Source of the DNA: Candidatus Aenigmatarchaeota archaeon
GTDB taxonomy: Archaea > Aenigmatarchaeota > Aenigmatarchaeia > QMZP01
Direction of reading: 5' to 3'
DNA length: 64,000 nucleotides
Assembly: GCA_016783545.1 (NCBI GenBank)
Contig: JADHWJ010000006.1
Location: 888 to 64,887, forward strand
Part shown: one piece after another, positions 17,281 to 26,940 of the stretch
Layout of the letters: each line of letters begins with the position of its first letter
Position numbering within the stretch: the first letter of the stretch is position 1
Position numbers and translations under genes: made by a program
The notes under the pieces: model-generated
The model's input: only the letters and a program-made list of their open reading frames with translations
The model's database searches: none
Told to the model about the DNA's origin: nothing

Positions 17281-17871
17281 TTAAGTTATAAGACTACTTT
17301 TTATATCAGGATCTTTAAAACCTAGAATTCTTCCAAAAGATATCAATTCTGAAGAGCTTCTCATTCCATTCTTCTCAACAGCGCCTGAAACCAACCTAAA
17401 GGGTGTCTTATATTTTATTAAAATTCTGGAAAGTTCTAGCATACTCTTCATTAGATTGCTCCTTGTAAGCTTGTCATTGAAAATTAAATTACTAAAACTG
17501 AAACCTACTGATATTTTGTTCATCTTGCAAAGTCTTGCCATTACCTGATCAAATTGGCACATGGAAGTATCAAAAGGATCCAAAAGCATATCTATTTCAG
17601 GTGTTTCAGAAACCTTTCTGTTAAAGTCCATGTCAACTGATCTTGCAAAAACCAGGTCATGGCTTTCTTTTAGCTTAGTTGCATCTTCTATTTTTTTTGC
17701 TTCAGCTATTGATAATATTTTTACATTGGGAAACTTTTCTCTTAGATTTTCTATATTTTTTAAATCTGTTTCAATGCACAAACCACTGAATCCGAGCTTC
17801 TGGGAAAAGTCCAACATGTTCTCTGCTTCTTTGGGTGTTTCTGATTTTATAAGGAAATCAATAAAGTCCAT
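17281..17871 (-). CDS. rnp3: RNase P protein component 3 (Rpp30)
   Basis: The pattern D...D.V.A.L....N...GFS...L......R.NL...M.....L..KYK.......SGA.EK...R....LIS.G..LG matches archaeal Rpp30 as I recall it from Pyrococcus PH1877. Confidence 0.7.
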   Translation of the reverse strand: MDFIDFLIKSETPKEAENMLDFSQKLGFSGLCIETDLKNIENLREKFPNVKILSIAEAKKIEDATKLKESHDLVFARSVDMDFNRKVSETPEIDMLLDPFDTSMCQFDQVMARLCKMNKISVGFSFSNLIFNDKLTRSNLMKSMLELSRILIKYKTPFRLVSGAVEKNGMRSSSELISFGRILGFKDPDIKSSLIT

Positions 17872-17986
17872 ATAAATATTTAGTTATTTGGTTAATATTG
17901 GTTAACTATTTATATCATAAAATTAAAGGCAAAATTAAGAGCCCTTTGATTCGAATGAATTTATATCTTTTTGTTTAATTAATACT

Positions 17987-19219
17987 ATGCAAAATCCATT
18001 TGATTCTGTTATTGAGCAATTAGAGAACGTAAGCAAGTTGATAGAAGTAGATACAAAAATATTGGAGAAACTAAAAAAACCAAATAAAATACTTGAGGGA
18101 GAGGTCTCTGCTGGAGGGAAAAAATATCATGCTTATAGAGTTCAGTATAATAATGCAAGAGGTCCTTACAAAGGCGGTATAAGATATCATCCGCAGGTGA
18201 ATATGGATGAAGTAAAAGCACTGGCCGCCTGGATGACTTTCAAATGTGCTGCAGTAAATATTCCATACGGCGGTGGTAAAGGCGGAATAGCTGTAGACCC
18301 AAAAGGTCTTACAAGAGATGAATTAGAAGAGCTTTCAAGGGGATGGGTACGTTTATTCTTCAAAGATATTGGACCTGAAAAGGATATTCCTGCTCCAGAT
18401 GTATATACAAATCCCCAGATAATGGAATGGATGGTAGATGAATACAGCAAACTTGCAGGAAAGCCAACACCAGCAGCTTTCACTGGAAAACCTATTGAAA
18501 GGGGCGGTTCTATTGGAAGAGAAAGTTCTACCTCAGAAGGTGGTATTATTATATTATTAGAACTTTTGAAAAAACTTGGTAAAGATCCCAAAGGGCTAAC
18601 AGTCGCTATTCAAGGATATGGTAATGTTGGGCATTTTGCTGCTTTCTATCTTCATGAGAAAGGTTTCAAAGTGGTTGCGCTTTCAGACTCCAAGGGTGGT
18701 ATATATAACCCAGACGGTTTTGAGCCGCAAAAGATCTTCAAATGTAAATTAGAAAAAGGGGCCCTTAACCAGTGCCATATAGAAGGTTCTGTAACAGACG
18801 CAGAAGGAAAAAAGATAACAAATGAAGAGCTTTTGGAACTGGATGTTGATATTCTGATACCAGCTGCCCTTGAAAACCAGATAACAGAGGAAAATGCAAA
18901 TAATATAAAGGCTGATATAATATTAGAACTTGCAAACGGTCCTACCACACCAAAAGCTGATACTATTTTGAACAAAAAAAGAAAAATCATTGTACCAGAC
19001 ATACTGGCAAATGCTGGCGGAGTTGTTGGTAGTTATTTTGAATGGTTGCAAAACATGAAAAACGATAAATGGGATGAAAAGAAATTCTCTGAAGAGCTGA
19101 ATAAAAACTTAGTTCTTGCATTTGAAGATATCTGGAAAAAGAGTAAAGAGTTAGACATTGAACTTAGAACAGCTGCATACGTAGTGGCTGTGGAAAGAGT
19201 TGCTAAGGCAATGGGTTAA
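17987..19219 (+). CDS. gdhA: glutamate dehydrogenase
   Basis: Contains YKGGIRYHP, NIPYGGGKGGI and GYGNVG (Rossmann fold). Length is 410 aa. Confidence 0.92.
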   Translation: MQNPFDSVIEQLENVSKLIEVDTKILEKLKKPNKILEGEVSAGGKKYHAYRVQYNNARGPYKGGIRYHPQVNMDEVKALAAWMTFKCAAVNIPYGGGKGGIAVDPKGLTRDELEELSRGWVRLFFKDIGPEKDIPAPDVYTNPQIMEWMVDEYSKLAGKPTPAAFTGKPIERGGSIGRESSTSEGGIIILLELLKKLGKDPKGLTVAIQGYGNVGHFAAFYLHEKGFKVVALSDSKGGIYNPDGFEPQKIFKCKLEKGALNQCHIEGSVTDAEGKKITNEELLELDVDILIPAALENQITEENANNIKADIILELANGPTTPKADTILNKKRKIIVPDILANAGGVVGSYFEWLQNMKNDKWDEKKFSEELNKNLVLAFEDIWKKSKELDIELRTAAYVVAVERVAKAMG

Positions 19220-19376
19220 CATTTCTTTTTTAAATACCCTGTTCCGAGATTTTCCATATATCTACTGCATTCAAAACAAGGACCATACTGTGGGCTACTT
19301 AAATTGTCCAGATATTCAGGTGACCTATGCCTTTTTAGGTAGTCCATAAGATTAGTTTGTTTCTTGGTTTAAATAG

Positions 19377-20072
19377 TCAAATCAGGACAATCCCAGACAG
19401 ATATAGAATAGATAATATCACAGGCTGATGTAGTAAATATATGAATAAAGAATGCCTTCCAAGATAGCAAAGCAATTTTGGATTTCTTTCCCCTAAATTG
19501 AATATTCTTTTATAGTTTGGATAAGCCCAATTACCAATGAAAATCCCAATAAGAAATACCCCAAACCAGGGAAGCAGCGGAAAATAATCTACACTATAAA
19601 ACCAGCTAGGAACAAACCCGAGCCATAGAAGATATGGAAAAGTAAATCTTAGTCCAATTGTATATATACCTATTAATATTATCCCAATACCTACGGCAAG
19701 ATTGGCTAGCTTATATTTGATTAGTGGATATACCAATATGATTGATATTCCTATGAAATGTAGAATACCAAAGATAACAAAATCCTTTATGAAAAACCAG
19801 GTGAAAACAGTAATCAGTAGTCCCCATGAAAATATTTTCAGCCCTCTTTTCAGATATTTTTTGAAACTCTTCTCACTTGCTCTCGAATAGCTTAGCGTAA
19901 GGGAAATCCCAGCAAGGAGTATAAACACACTGGCAACCGAATATGCAAAATATTTCCAGAAAATACCACCACCATAGATATTGAAATAAATAAGGTCTGT
20001 CATAAGATTCGATATAATCATCAGTATTATTGCAATGCCTCTTAGGGAATCTATCTCCCAGAATCTTTCCAT
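19377..20072 (-). CDS. polytopic membrane protein, DUF1624-like (heparan-alpha-glucosaminide N-acetyltransferase-like)
   Basis: The N-terminus RFWEIDSLRGIAIILMI is followed by multiple TM helices. Confidence 0.5.
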   Translation of the reverse strand: MERFWEIDSLRGIAIILMIISNLMTDLIYFNIYGGGIFWKYFAYSVASVFILLAGISLTLSYSRASEKSFKKYLKRGLKIFSWGLLITVFTWFFIKDFVIFGILHFIGISIILVYPLIKYKLANLAVGIGIILIGIYTIGLRFTFPYLLWLGFVPSWFYSVDYFPLLPWFGVFLIGIFIGNWAYPNYKRIFNLGERNPKLLCYLGRHSLFIYLLHQPVILSILYLSGIVLI

Positions 20073-20096
20073 TTAATAGAATTGTTTTTTAATGAG

Positions 20097-20564
20097 TTAA
20101 ATCTTTGCTAGAATAACAACATAGTTCTTTCCATACTCTTTTGAACATTTAGGGCAGGTTGTATAGAATGTATAGAACTGTTTTACTTCTTTTTTCTTGG
20201 ATTTAACATATTCTTTCATTTCTGTCATCCATTTACCAACGTTTTTATAATGACCTTCAAAGACTTTTGTTAAGAATGTTCCTGAAATATTAGCCATCTC
20301 TGACTCTGGTATTTTCTTTGTGACTGAAATATATACATCAGATCCCCAGAGACTTTTGTCATCAGAAAGTACTATTGGTGCATTTGAACATGCTTTTGCA
20401 TCTTCAATTTTCTTCATATTCCTTTTCATCACACCACCAAAATTCAGTGGTATGTGAAGAAAGCATATAACATGATCTTTTACAAATAGCTTATCTTTCC
20501 ATTTGATTGTTTTATTTTCCCAAGGCTTTGGATCAAATATTTTACAGCAACCGGTTTCTTTCAT
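20097..20564 (-). CDS. conserved-looking hypothetical protein with C-terminal CPKC motif
   Basis: 155-aa ORF with good coding appearance (GCCKIFDPKPWENKTIKW...TTCPKCSKEYG). I do not recognise a family. Confidence 0.5.
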   Translation of the reverse strand: MKETGCCKIFDPKPWENKTIKWKDKLFVKDHVICFLHIPLNFGGVMKRNMKKIEDAKACSNAPIVLSDDKSLWGSDVYISVTKKIPESEMANISGTFLTKVFEGHYKNVGKWMTEMKEYVKSKKKEVKQFYTFYTTCPKCSKEYGKNYVVILAKI

Positions 20565-20592
20565 GTATGTTATTTGAATAAATAGTTTAAAT

Positions 20593-21195
20593 TTATTTAT
20601 CAGTTATTGTGACTTTTTCTATAATTACTGCTCTAAAGGGTTTGTCAGAAGAATCTGTATCTACTTCTGATATCTTCTCAATAATATCCATACCTGAGAC
20701 AACCTTGCCAAAAACAGCGTGCTTTCCGTCAAGCCATGGCGTGCCGTCTTTTTTGTCAATTATAAAGAACTGGCTTCCACCTGTATTCGGACCCTTATTT
20801 GCCATTGAAATCGCACCGTATTCATTTTTTAAATCATCATGGAACTCGTCTGGAATCAGCCATGTCTCTGGAATATCAGGGTTTCCAAACCCTTCATGGT
20901 ACCTGGCAGCATGACCACCTGTTCCATCACCCTTTGTGAAATCGCCCCCCTGAATCATAAAATCGTTTATTATTCTGTGGAATTGTGTTCCATCAAATTT
21001 TCCTGCTTCTGCTAACATAACGAAATTTTCTACTGTGATCGGCGCTTTGTCAGAAAACTCTATCTTTATCTCACCAAAACTTTTCATCTGAATAACAGCA
21101 AACTTACCGTTGGCTATGTTATTTCCTTCCATAATACATCCTGATATGGATATTATTACAATCAATGATATAATAAATACAAAGTTCCTATTCAT
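20593..21195 (-). CDS. ppiB: cyclophilin-type peptidyl-prolyl cis-trans isomerase, secreted or lipid-anchored
   Basis: FHRIINDFMIQGGDFTKGDGTGG and GAISMANKGPNTGGSQFFI are present. The N-terminal signal has SISGC, a lipobox-like sequence. Confidence 0.9.
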   Translation of the reverse strand: MNRNFVFIISLIVIISISGCIMEGNNIANGKFAVIQMKSFGEIKIEFSDKAPITVENFVMLAEAGKFDGTQFHRIINDFMIQGGDFTKGDGTGGHAARYHEGFGNPDIPETWLIPDEFHDDLKNEYGAISMANKGPNTGGSQFFIIDKKDGTPWLDGKHAVFGKVVSGMDIIEKISEVDTDSSDKPFRAVIIEKVTITDK

Positions 21196-21251
21196 AGTTA
21201 AAATTGTTTATTCTGATTTATATATTTAGGCACTGAGAACAATATAATACT

Positions 21252-21527
21252 ATGAAAGCTCTGCTTATTGTGCTAGTATTGTTATCTCTTGTGTTGCTTG
21301 CAGGCATTGCATCTGCTTATTCTTTTCAAGGAGCGCAAAAAAGATTTCAAAAGAATGTAATGAACCGTATTCACAGAGAAATGTACAAGACCATGCCAAA
21401 TAGAGTAAAATTATTTGGCGAATTTTCACCTAAAGATTTCAGGCAGATATTCAAAAGCTATAGAAAGAAAATGAGCGGACTAAAGTATTCACATGATAGT
21501 TGTATGGCTTTGAAAGCTATATTATAA
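21252..21527 (+). CDS. small secreted basic protein, unknown function
   Basis: Signal-like MKALLIVLVLLSLVLLAGIASA. Length is 91 aa. Confidence 0.4.
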   Translation: MKALLIVLVLLSLVLLAGIASAYSFQGAQKRFQKNVMNRIHREMYKTMPNRVKLFGEFSPKDFRQIFKSYRKKMSGLKYSHDSCMALKAIL

Positions 21528-21532
21528 ACTTC

Positions 21533-22114
21533 TTATTCAACTTCATCAACAAAAATATCATTATCAGACCAGCTGTCCTTTATTTTTCCTTTTTCTATAT
21601 TTGTATAGGGCAGGTAATTGTGATGCACTCTTATTAGCTTGCTTAGTGCTGTTGTTTCTATATCTTCAATACAGTCATCCCCAAGTTTTTCTCTTAGGAA
21701 AGGCACTATCTTTCCATTGAACTCTTCAACTAAATGGGATTCATCCCTTGCATCCAGAATGATCATAAGCGCTAGATGGCCTTCTTTTTCACCAAGATAT
21801 GCAAGGCTCACATATTTAGAATTGAAATGCCTCCATTTTGGCTGGATCTCCATTGTCCTTAGATACTGCTCTCTTGTTATCCCTATCTTGAATTTTATAA
21901 CATAGAGGTTCTTTGCCCTGAATATGTGCATGCCAAACTCGCCCTTGTCAAGGCTCATATAGTATCTTATAATCATTTTTTCTTCAAGCAGCTTTCTTTT
22001 TCTGTTAACAGTCATTACAGGTATGCCTGTTCTTTTAGAAATCTTATTGTCAGAAATCCTTGGATTTCTTATAAGCTCCCTTATGATTTTCCTTTGTTGT
22101 TCATCCAATCCCAT
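21533..22114 (-). CDS. Lrp/AsnC-like HTH transcriptional regulator
   Basis: The N-terminal QRKIIRELIRNPRISDNKISKRTGIPVMTVNRKRKLLEEKMIIRY is an AsnC-type HTH, followed by an effector-like domain. Confidence 0.55.
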   Translation of the reverse strand: MGLDEQQRKIIRELIRNPRISDNKISKRTGIPVMTVNRKRKLLEEKMIIRYYMSLDKGEFGMHIFRAKNLYVIKFKIGITREQYLRTMEIQPKWRHFNSKYVSLAYLGEKEGHLALMIILDARDESHLVEEFNGKIVPFLREKLGDDCIEDIETTALSKLIRVHHNYLPYTNIEKGKIKDSWSDNDIFVDEVE

Positions 22115-22220
22115 AAAATCGCCAAAATGTTATGTTTATAACAAATATTATATGTTAATTATATAAATTACTTATAAGAACTATTTCTTAAGTTGGGAAA
22201 AATTTTACTAATAATTAGGT

Positions 22221-23102
22221 ATGGGAAAGTCATTAGAATATGGATTCGTGCAATTTGAAAAACCATTCAAACCTGATATTGAGCATATTTCGCCCATGGA
22301 AGATGGTGCTTCTATAAGTTTTTATACAGTTCAAATTGGAAGGAATGGGAATGGATATGATTCTGCTATTTTTAATACAAGCCCTGCAAATGCTGTTAGG
22401 GTTGATGAAATACCAAGAGATTATGTCAGAAGATTACTTTTAACAGCAAAAAAAGAGCCGAGATTTATAAGAAAATTATTAAGTCTTTATGCGGGAAGTG
22501 AAATGCTTTTTGGTAAAGATATCCCAGGAGATGATGAATTGTTTTCTTGCAGTGATGGGGAATTAAGGTTTTTGTCTGACACTGAAAGAATTGATATTGC
22601 ATTCGAACCTGTTTTTAATCTAGTTGAATGTGACAAAAAAGAGTATTTCATGGAAGCAGTTGAAAGATTGAAAAGCTTAACGCAGACATTAGAAGATCTT
22701 GATATATCATATGAAAATGAAGTTGTTGTGCATTTAAGATGGTCTGAAGAAAACTGTAGAATAATAAGGCTTGCAAGAATACAAAGAGATCTTCCATTTG
22801 ATGTTCTCAGGGAAAGAATCGAAGGTGTGCATTACTGTCCATTAGGAGATCACTGGTGGGATGAAAAATCAGATAATACAATTAACTTAGAAGGTAATAG
22901 AAAGACATATGTAAGAAGCTTTCACACACCCAGAGAAGAAACATCACCAAAAATACATGAAATGGTAGAAAGATTAAAAAAAGATGAAATGTTAGAATGT
23001 GAACAATGCAAAAAACACAAACCTGTTGTTGTTGCTCGGGGAGTGCCTCCTTTGGAAGGTTCTTATTCCCCAACTATGAATCCCTTTAACATGACAATGT
23101 AA
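22221..23102 (+). CDS. hypothetical protein
   Basis: 293-aa ORF with native AT-rich composition and no recognisable motif. The C-terminus carries CEQCKKHK. Confidence 0.55.
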   Translation: MGKSLEYGFVQFEKPFKPDIEHISPMEDGASISFYTVQIGRNGNGYDSAIFNTSPANAVRVDEIPRDYVRRLLLTAKKEPRFIRKLLSLYAGSEMLFGKDIPGDDELFSCSDGELRFLSDTERIDIAFEPVFNLVECDKKEYFMEAVERLKSLTQTLEDLDISYENEVVVHLRWSEENCRIIRLARIQRDLPFDVLRERIEGVHYCPLGDHWWDEKSDNTINLEGNRKTYVRSFHTPREETSPKIHEMVERLKKDEMLECEQCKKHKPVVVARGVPPLEGSYSPTMNPFNMTM

Positions 23103-23127
23103 GTGGACAGTAATACTACCTGTCCAC
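23103..23127. terminator. perfect 8-bp hairpin between convergent genes
   Basis: GTGGACAG-taatactac-CTGTCCAC begins at the first base after the stop of 22221..23102. It marks the left edge of the G+C-rich island. Confidence 0.4.
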
Positions 23128-23153
23128 CCGGCCAACCTGGGGTGAGGCGAAGA

Positions 23154-23771
23154 TCAGCCGACGATCTCCTCTTGTGGGAGCCGGAGCCGGAGATCATAAA
23201 TGAGCCTCTCCAGGGCTCTAACAGCCTCTTCAGTGCCGACTCCACTACTCAGGGTTTTGTGACCCTGCAAACCTTTCAGTCTCTCAACAATGCCCGGGAT
23301 CGCGTGTTTCGGAATTGTCGTTTCCACTGCTCTGGCGCAGTTAAGCGTGAACTCCTCGAGACCGTTCGCACCAAGTCTCAACCCTTCTTCAAGCCATACC
23401 AGAAGGTTCTTGTGGTATGGCCGCTTGCCCAGCGTCTTCTGCCAATCGATCTCGAGATCTTTGACCTCGGCTGGGTCGAGGTTGTCGCCGGGAGGAAAGA
23501 TCCTCAAAGCCTTGATCGTCGATCTGGGCATGCATGTGACATACACTGTGCCTTCGATATCTTCTGGTGGCTGGATGAGCACAATCCCGGTCAGGACCTG
23601 GCTTGTGCTCTTGACTAGCTCACGATTTTGAGCCAGCCACTCGCACTGAACTGCTAGTATGTCCTCGTGTCGCTCGATCTGCTTGATCGGCCCGCGAACC
23701 GCTCCGTTTCCGATATTAGCGACAACGTCCCGGCCCTTCATTGCATCGCCCAGAATCTCAGTCCATTCCAT
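23154..23771 (-). CDS. hypothetical protein encoded on a G+C-rich island (likely start MEWTEILGD; the ORF extends to 23795)
   Basis: This is the longest ORF in the island. AGGAG lies 8 nt upstream of the ATG at 23771. Composition differs clearly from the neighbouring genes. No recognisable family. Confidence 0.55.
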   Translation of the reverse strand: MEWTEILGDAMKGRDVVANIGNGAVRGPIKQIERHEDILAVQCEWLAQNRELVKSTSQVLTGIVLIQPPEDIEGTVYVTCMPRSTIKALRIFPPGDNLDPAEVKDLEIDWQKTLGKRPYHKNLLVWLEEGLRLGANGLEEFTLNCARAVETTIPKHAIPGIVERLKGLQGHKTLSSGVGTEEAVRALERLIYDLRLRLPQEEIVG

Positions 23772-23860
23772 CGCTCGTCTCCTTTCAAAGACCATCCAAA
23801 GACTAGTACTGAAAAGCCATGGATAATCTTATTCCTAAAAGAACCATTTCTCCTCTGGAA

Positions 23861-23874
23861 TGACCAAATGGTCA
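23861..23874. promoter_or_regulatory. palindromic operator-like site TGACCAAATGGTCA
   Basis: Perfect 6-bp arms with a 2-bp spacer, about 90 nt upstream of the island gene start. Confidence 0.3.
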
Positions 23875-23982
23875 CGTTTCATGTATTAGAATAGCCAAAA
23901 CCGCCTTTTAGCGCGATTACAGTAGGTGCATTGTTACTGTTAGAAAGTGGTATTTATAAAAGAATATAACATTGTTATAATG

Positions 23983-24240
23983 CTATTTTTTCTTTAAAAT
24001 TCCAGATCTTAAACAGGTCTCATATATACCCCAGCTATAGATTATGGCTTCATATGCGTTTACCCAGTCCTCTTTTTCCATAAAATGCCTGCAATCAGAA
24101 ACATAGGCCTTTATGTTTTCCATAGCGTTTTTAGTGCTTTTTTTATCTATCTTTCCTGTTGACTCTATTTTAGGGAGCTCTTTCTCTAGTTTAGCGAGCC
24201 ATTTTTTAGTTTCTTTTTGGAGTTTTTCCTTTTCTTTCAT
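23983..24240 (-). CDS. small helical protein, DUF357-like
   Basis: 85 aa. The pattern IKAYVSDCRHFMEKEDWVNAYEAIIYSWG resembles archaeal DUF357. Confidence 0.4.
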   Translation of the reverse strand: MKEKEKLQKETKKWLAKLEKELPKIESTGKIDKKSTKNAMENIKAYVSDCRHFMEKEDWVNAYEAIIYSWGIYETCLRSGILKKK

Positions 24241-24299
24241 CTAATCCCTTTTAAAATTTTACTTCTAAATATTTATTGTTAGTTTTATATGGGGAGAGT

Positions 24300-26624
24300 A
24301 TGTCTAATATAATTAAATTGGAATCAATTAAAGATAAAGAGAATAGTGGAATCAAAGCACTTAATCTAAAAAAGCTTATAAGCAACGGTTTGCCTGTTCC
24401 TGCAGGGTTTGTTATAACAACAAACGCCTTTAAAAAATTCCTTTCTGCAAATAGGCTGGATAATAAAATAGGCGAGCTTCTTGGAAAATCTGTTGGTAGT
24501 AATCTTTATGATATCTATAAAGAGATAGAAGAGCTTATATTGGATGCGCAGATACCTGATTCCCTTTATAATGAAATAAAGAATGCTTATGAAGAACTTT
24601 CTGTTGGGAAAGAGGTAAAGGAGCTTGGTGGTCTTGCCTTGGATCTTGTAAAGGCAGGAAGAAACCAAGCGTTTGTTGCTGTACGCTCTTCACCAACAAA
24701 CGAAGATTTGAAACAGATGAATGCAATTCTCAGTGCTCAAGGTATGGGACAATTGGGCAAATCAATAAAGAGATGCTGGGCAGGGCTGTTCTCTCCAAGA
24801 GCTATAATAAACAGCAAAAACAAAGGCTATCAAAATTTTCCTCTTATAGCAGTTATTGTACAAAAAATGGTGAATGCTGAGAAATCCGGCATATTATATA
24901 CATCAAACCCTGATAATGGAAATGCAGAACAAATGGTTATAGAAGCCATGTGGGGCATAGGAAGCTCTGTTTCAGCAGGCTTTATAATACCAGATGAATA
25001 CATTTTGAATAAAAACACAGGGAAAGTCATAAACAAGAGAATAAGGAAAAAACTCTGGTCAATAGAGATAGACGGAGGCACTGGCAAACTGATAAAAAGA
25101 AGAATTCCCAATGAAAGAATCAATATACAAGTTATGTCAGATTCTGAGCTAAAAACGATTTTTGAGATAGCTGAAAGTATTGGAAGTGAATCACAGGAAA
25201 TTGAATGGGGTATAGAGAGGAATAGGGTTCATATAATACAGGCAAGAAAGGAGAATATTTTGGAAGAGATTCAGGCTGAAGAAATACCAGGAAAGCTTCT
25301 TTTAGACGGAATTCCTGTATCAAATGGAAAAATTAAAGGAAAGGCAAAGATTGTCCTAAGCTCTGCTGATTTTGACAAAGTTGAGGAAGGGGATATAATT
25401 GTTACTGATTCTGTAAGAATGGAAATGGATGAACTGTTGAGCAGGGCTATTGGTATTGTTACTGACCATGGCGGGAGAAGGTGCAGGGCATCGATAATCG
25501 CAAATGAAAAAAACATACCATGCATAGTTGGAACAGAGAATGCAACCACAACACTAAAAGATGGACAACAGGTTGTTTTAATGAACGGAAAGGTATACAA
25601 GCTCGAGAGCGTCTCTGAATATATGCAACCAGAAACAGAGAGCTTCCATGAACCTCAAGGAATACATGACGGAGTGATTGCAACCAATGTAAAGCTAAGC
25701 CTGACATTTCCTGAAGTGGATGAAGAAATTATAAACAAATGTGATGGCATTGGAATCCTGAAATCAGAAAGCTTTTTAACAAATCATGGAAAACACCCTA
25801 TCCTATTTGCAAGGGAAAGCTCTGAGGATGTTATAGATAAAATAGTTTCAAATGTGGGAAGGGTTGCAAAAATGTTTTATCCAAAAACTGTCTGGTATAA
25901 GCTATTGGACATGAAAACAAACGAACTGAAAGGTCTGGAATTTGGAGAAGAAGAAGACCTGGAAGACAATTCATTGCTTGGCTGGCATGGAATAAGAAGA
26001 TCATTAGATCAGCAAGACCTGTTAAGATGTGAAATGGAGGCAATTGAAAAGCTTAACCAGCAAGGTATTACAAACATAGGAGTACTTGTACCATTTGCTT
26101 CAACAATAGATGAGTTTAGAATGTTCAAGGAAATGTATCCTAGTGTTGGAAGAATAAAAACAGGTCTTGTTGTTGGAACACCAAGCTCTGGCTTAGAAGT
26201 GGAAAGCTTTTGTAAAGAAGGGGTATCATATGTCCTTATTGATATTGATGTGCTAACACAATTGGTTTTGGGTGTTGACAGGAATAATAAAAAAATAACA
26301 AGGCTTTATTCAGAGACCAGCCCTGCTGTATTAAACATTGTCAGGCAAATTGTTCAGAAATGTAAAAAGCATGGCATTGAAACCTGTATTGCAGGTGATA
26401 GTTGTTCAGACCCGCAAACAGCTGAAAAGTTTGTGGAGGTTGGTATTGGCTCCATATCAACAGATGTCGAGTCCATTGACAGGATAAAAGCAGCTATTGC
26501 AAGAACAGAGAAAAAGCTTTTGCTTGATAATGTGAGGGGCAGGCAAGAAGAATATAGGCCAGCTGTTCAATCATCAGATCCGTCATCAAAGGTATCAGGA
26601 TATCCATCTAATGCTGATTTATGA
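24300..26624 (+). CDS. phosphoenolpyruvate synthase / pyruvate,water dikinase homologue lacking the catalytic His (probable pseudoenzyme); the ORF is open from TTG 24276
   Basis: N-terminal ATP-grasp (AVRSSPTNED) and a central swivel motif GGRRCRASIIANEKNIPCIVG, compared with the canonical [21 protein letters not shown]. The C-terminal PEP-utilizer domain is degenerate (IDVLTQ, CIAGDSC). Confidence 0.75.
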   Translation: MSNIIKLESIKDKENSGIKALNLKKLISNGLPVPAGFVITTNAFKKFLSANRLDNKIGELLGKSVGSNLYDIYKEIEELILDAQIPDSLYNEIKNAYEELSVGKEVKELGGLALDLVKAGRNQAFVAVRSSPTNEDLKQMNAILSAQGMGQLGKSIKRCWAGLFSPRAIINSKNKGYQNFPLIAVIVQKMVNAEKSGILYTSNPDNGNAEQMVIEAMWGIGSSVSAGFIIPDEYILNKNTGKVINKRIRKKLWSIEIDGGTGKLIKRRIPNERINIQVMSDSELKTIFEIAESIGSESQEIEWGIERNRVHIIQARKENILEEIQAEEIPGKLLLDGIPVSNGKIKGKAKIVLSSADFDKVEEGDIIVTDSVRMEMDELLSRAIGIVTDHGGRRCRASIIANEKNIPCIVGTENATTTLKDGQQVVLMNGKVYKLESVSEYMQPETESFHEPQGIHDGVIATNVKLSLTFPEVDEEIINKCDGIGILKSESFLTNHGKHPILFARESSEDVIDKIVSNVGRVAKMFYPKTVWYKLLDMKTNELKGLEFGEEEDLEDNSLLGWHGIRRSLDQQDLLRCEMEAIEKLNQQGITNIGVLVPFASTIDEFRMFKEMYPSVGRIKTGLVVGTPSSGLEVESFCKEGVSYVLIDIDVLTQLVLGVDRNNKKITRLYSETSPAVLNIVRQIVQKCKKHGIETCIAGDSCSDPQTAEKFVEVGIGSISTDVESIDRIKAAIARTEKKLLLDNVRGRQEEYRPAVQSSDPSSKVSGYPSNADL

Positions 26625-26830
26625 ACCCTTTTTCTAGTATCTTCTAAACCCATTTTCTTAGTGCATTTTTTACAATACCTATGAGCCCTGTCTGTATACA
26701 TTCCTGTTCCGCATCCAATACACAGCATGGTTCTTTCTTCTCTGTCTTTGGTAAGCGCATTATGTGTATCATTCCCTATTTCTCTGGCAAGTCTTCTCAA
26801 ACCTTCAGACACGTTGTACGCATCATCCAT
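26567..26830 (-). CDS. small zinc-ribbon protein, unknown function
   Basis: 87 aa with CIGCG...CKKC. Its 3' end overlaps the tail of the pps-like gene, and it is divergent from the PIN gene. Confidence 0.4.
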   Translation of the reverse strand: MDDAYNVSEGLRRLAREIGNDTHNALTKDREERTMLCIGCGTGMYTDRAHRYCKKCTKKMGLEDTRKRVHKSALDGYPDTFDDGSDD

Positions 26831-26864
26831 AGAAACAATTGTTTTGGAATATTTTTAAGCTTAT

Positions 26865-26914
26865 AGTTCCTATCAAAATCTACTAGGAACTGAATAGTTA
26901 ACGATGTTAACTAT
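26865..26914. promoter_or_regulatory. two palindromes in the divergent promoter region
   Basis: AGTTCCTA (26865-72) pairs with TAGGAACT (26884-91). The second site is the 21-bp palindrome ATAGTTAAC-gat-GTTAACTAT (26894-26914). Confidence 0.45.
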
Positions 26915-26940
26915 ATTATTACTCAAAACAATTTTTTACT

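Noticed and set aside
19220-19376. A 43-codon minus-strand ORF (MDYLKRHRSPEYLDNLSSPQYGPCFECSRY...) between gdhA and the DUF1624-like gene.
   Set aside because: It has no SD, only a partial CxxC motif, and no way to assess conservation here. The evidence is insufficient.
23103-23631. Plus-strand ORFs (171 aa and 113 aa) in the G+C-rich island.
   Set aside because: They are shorter than the minus-strand ORF, lack an SD, and are Arg/Pro/Ser-rich as expected for the antisense of a G+C-rich gene. The minus strand is preferred, but the strand choice is not certain.
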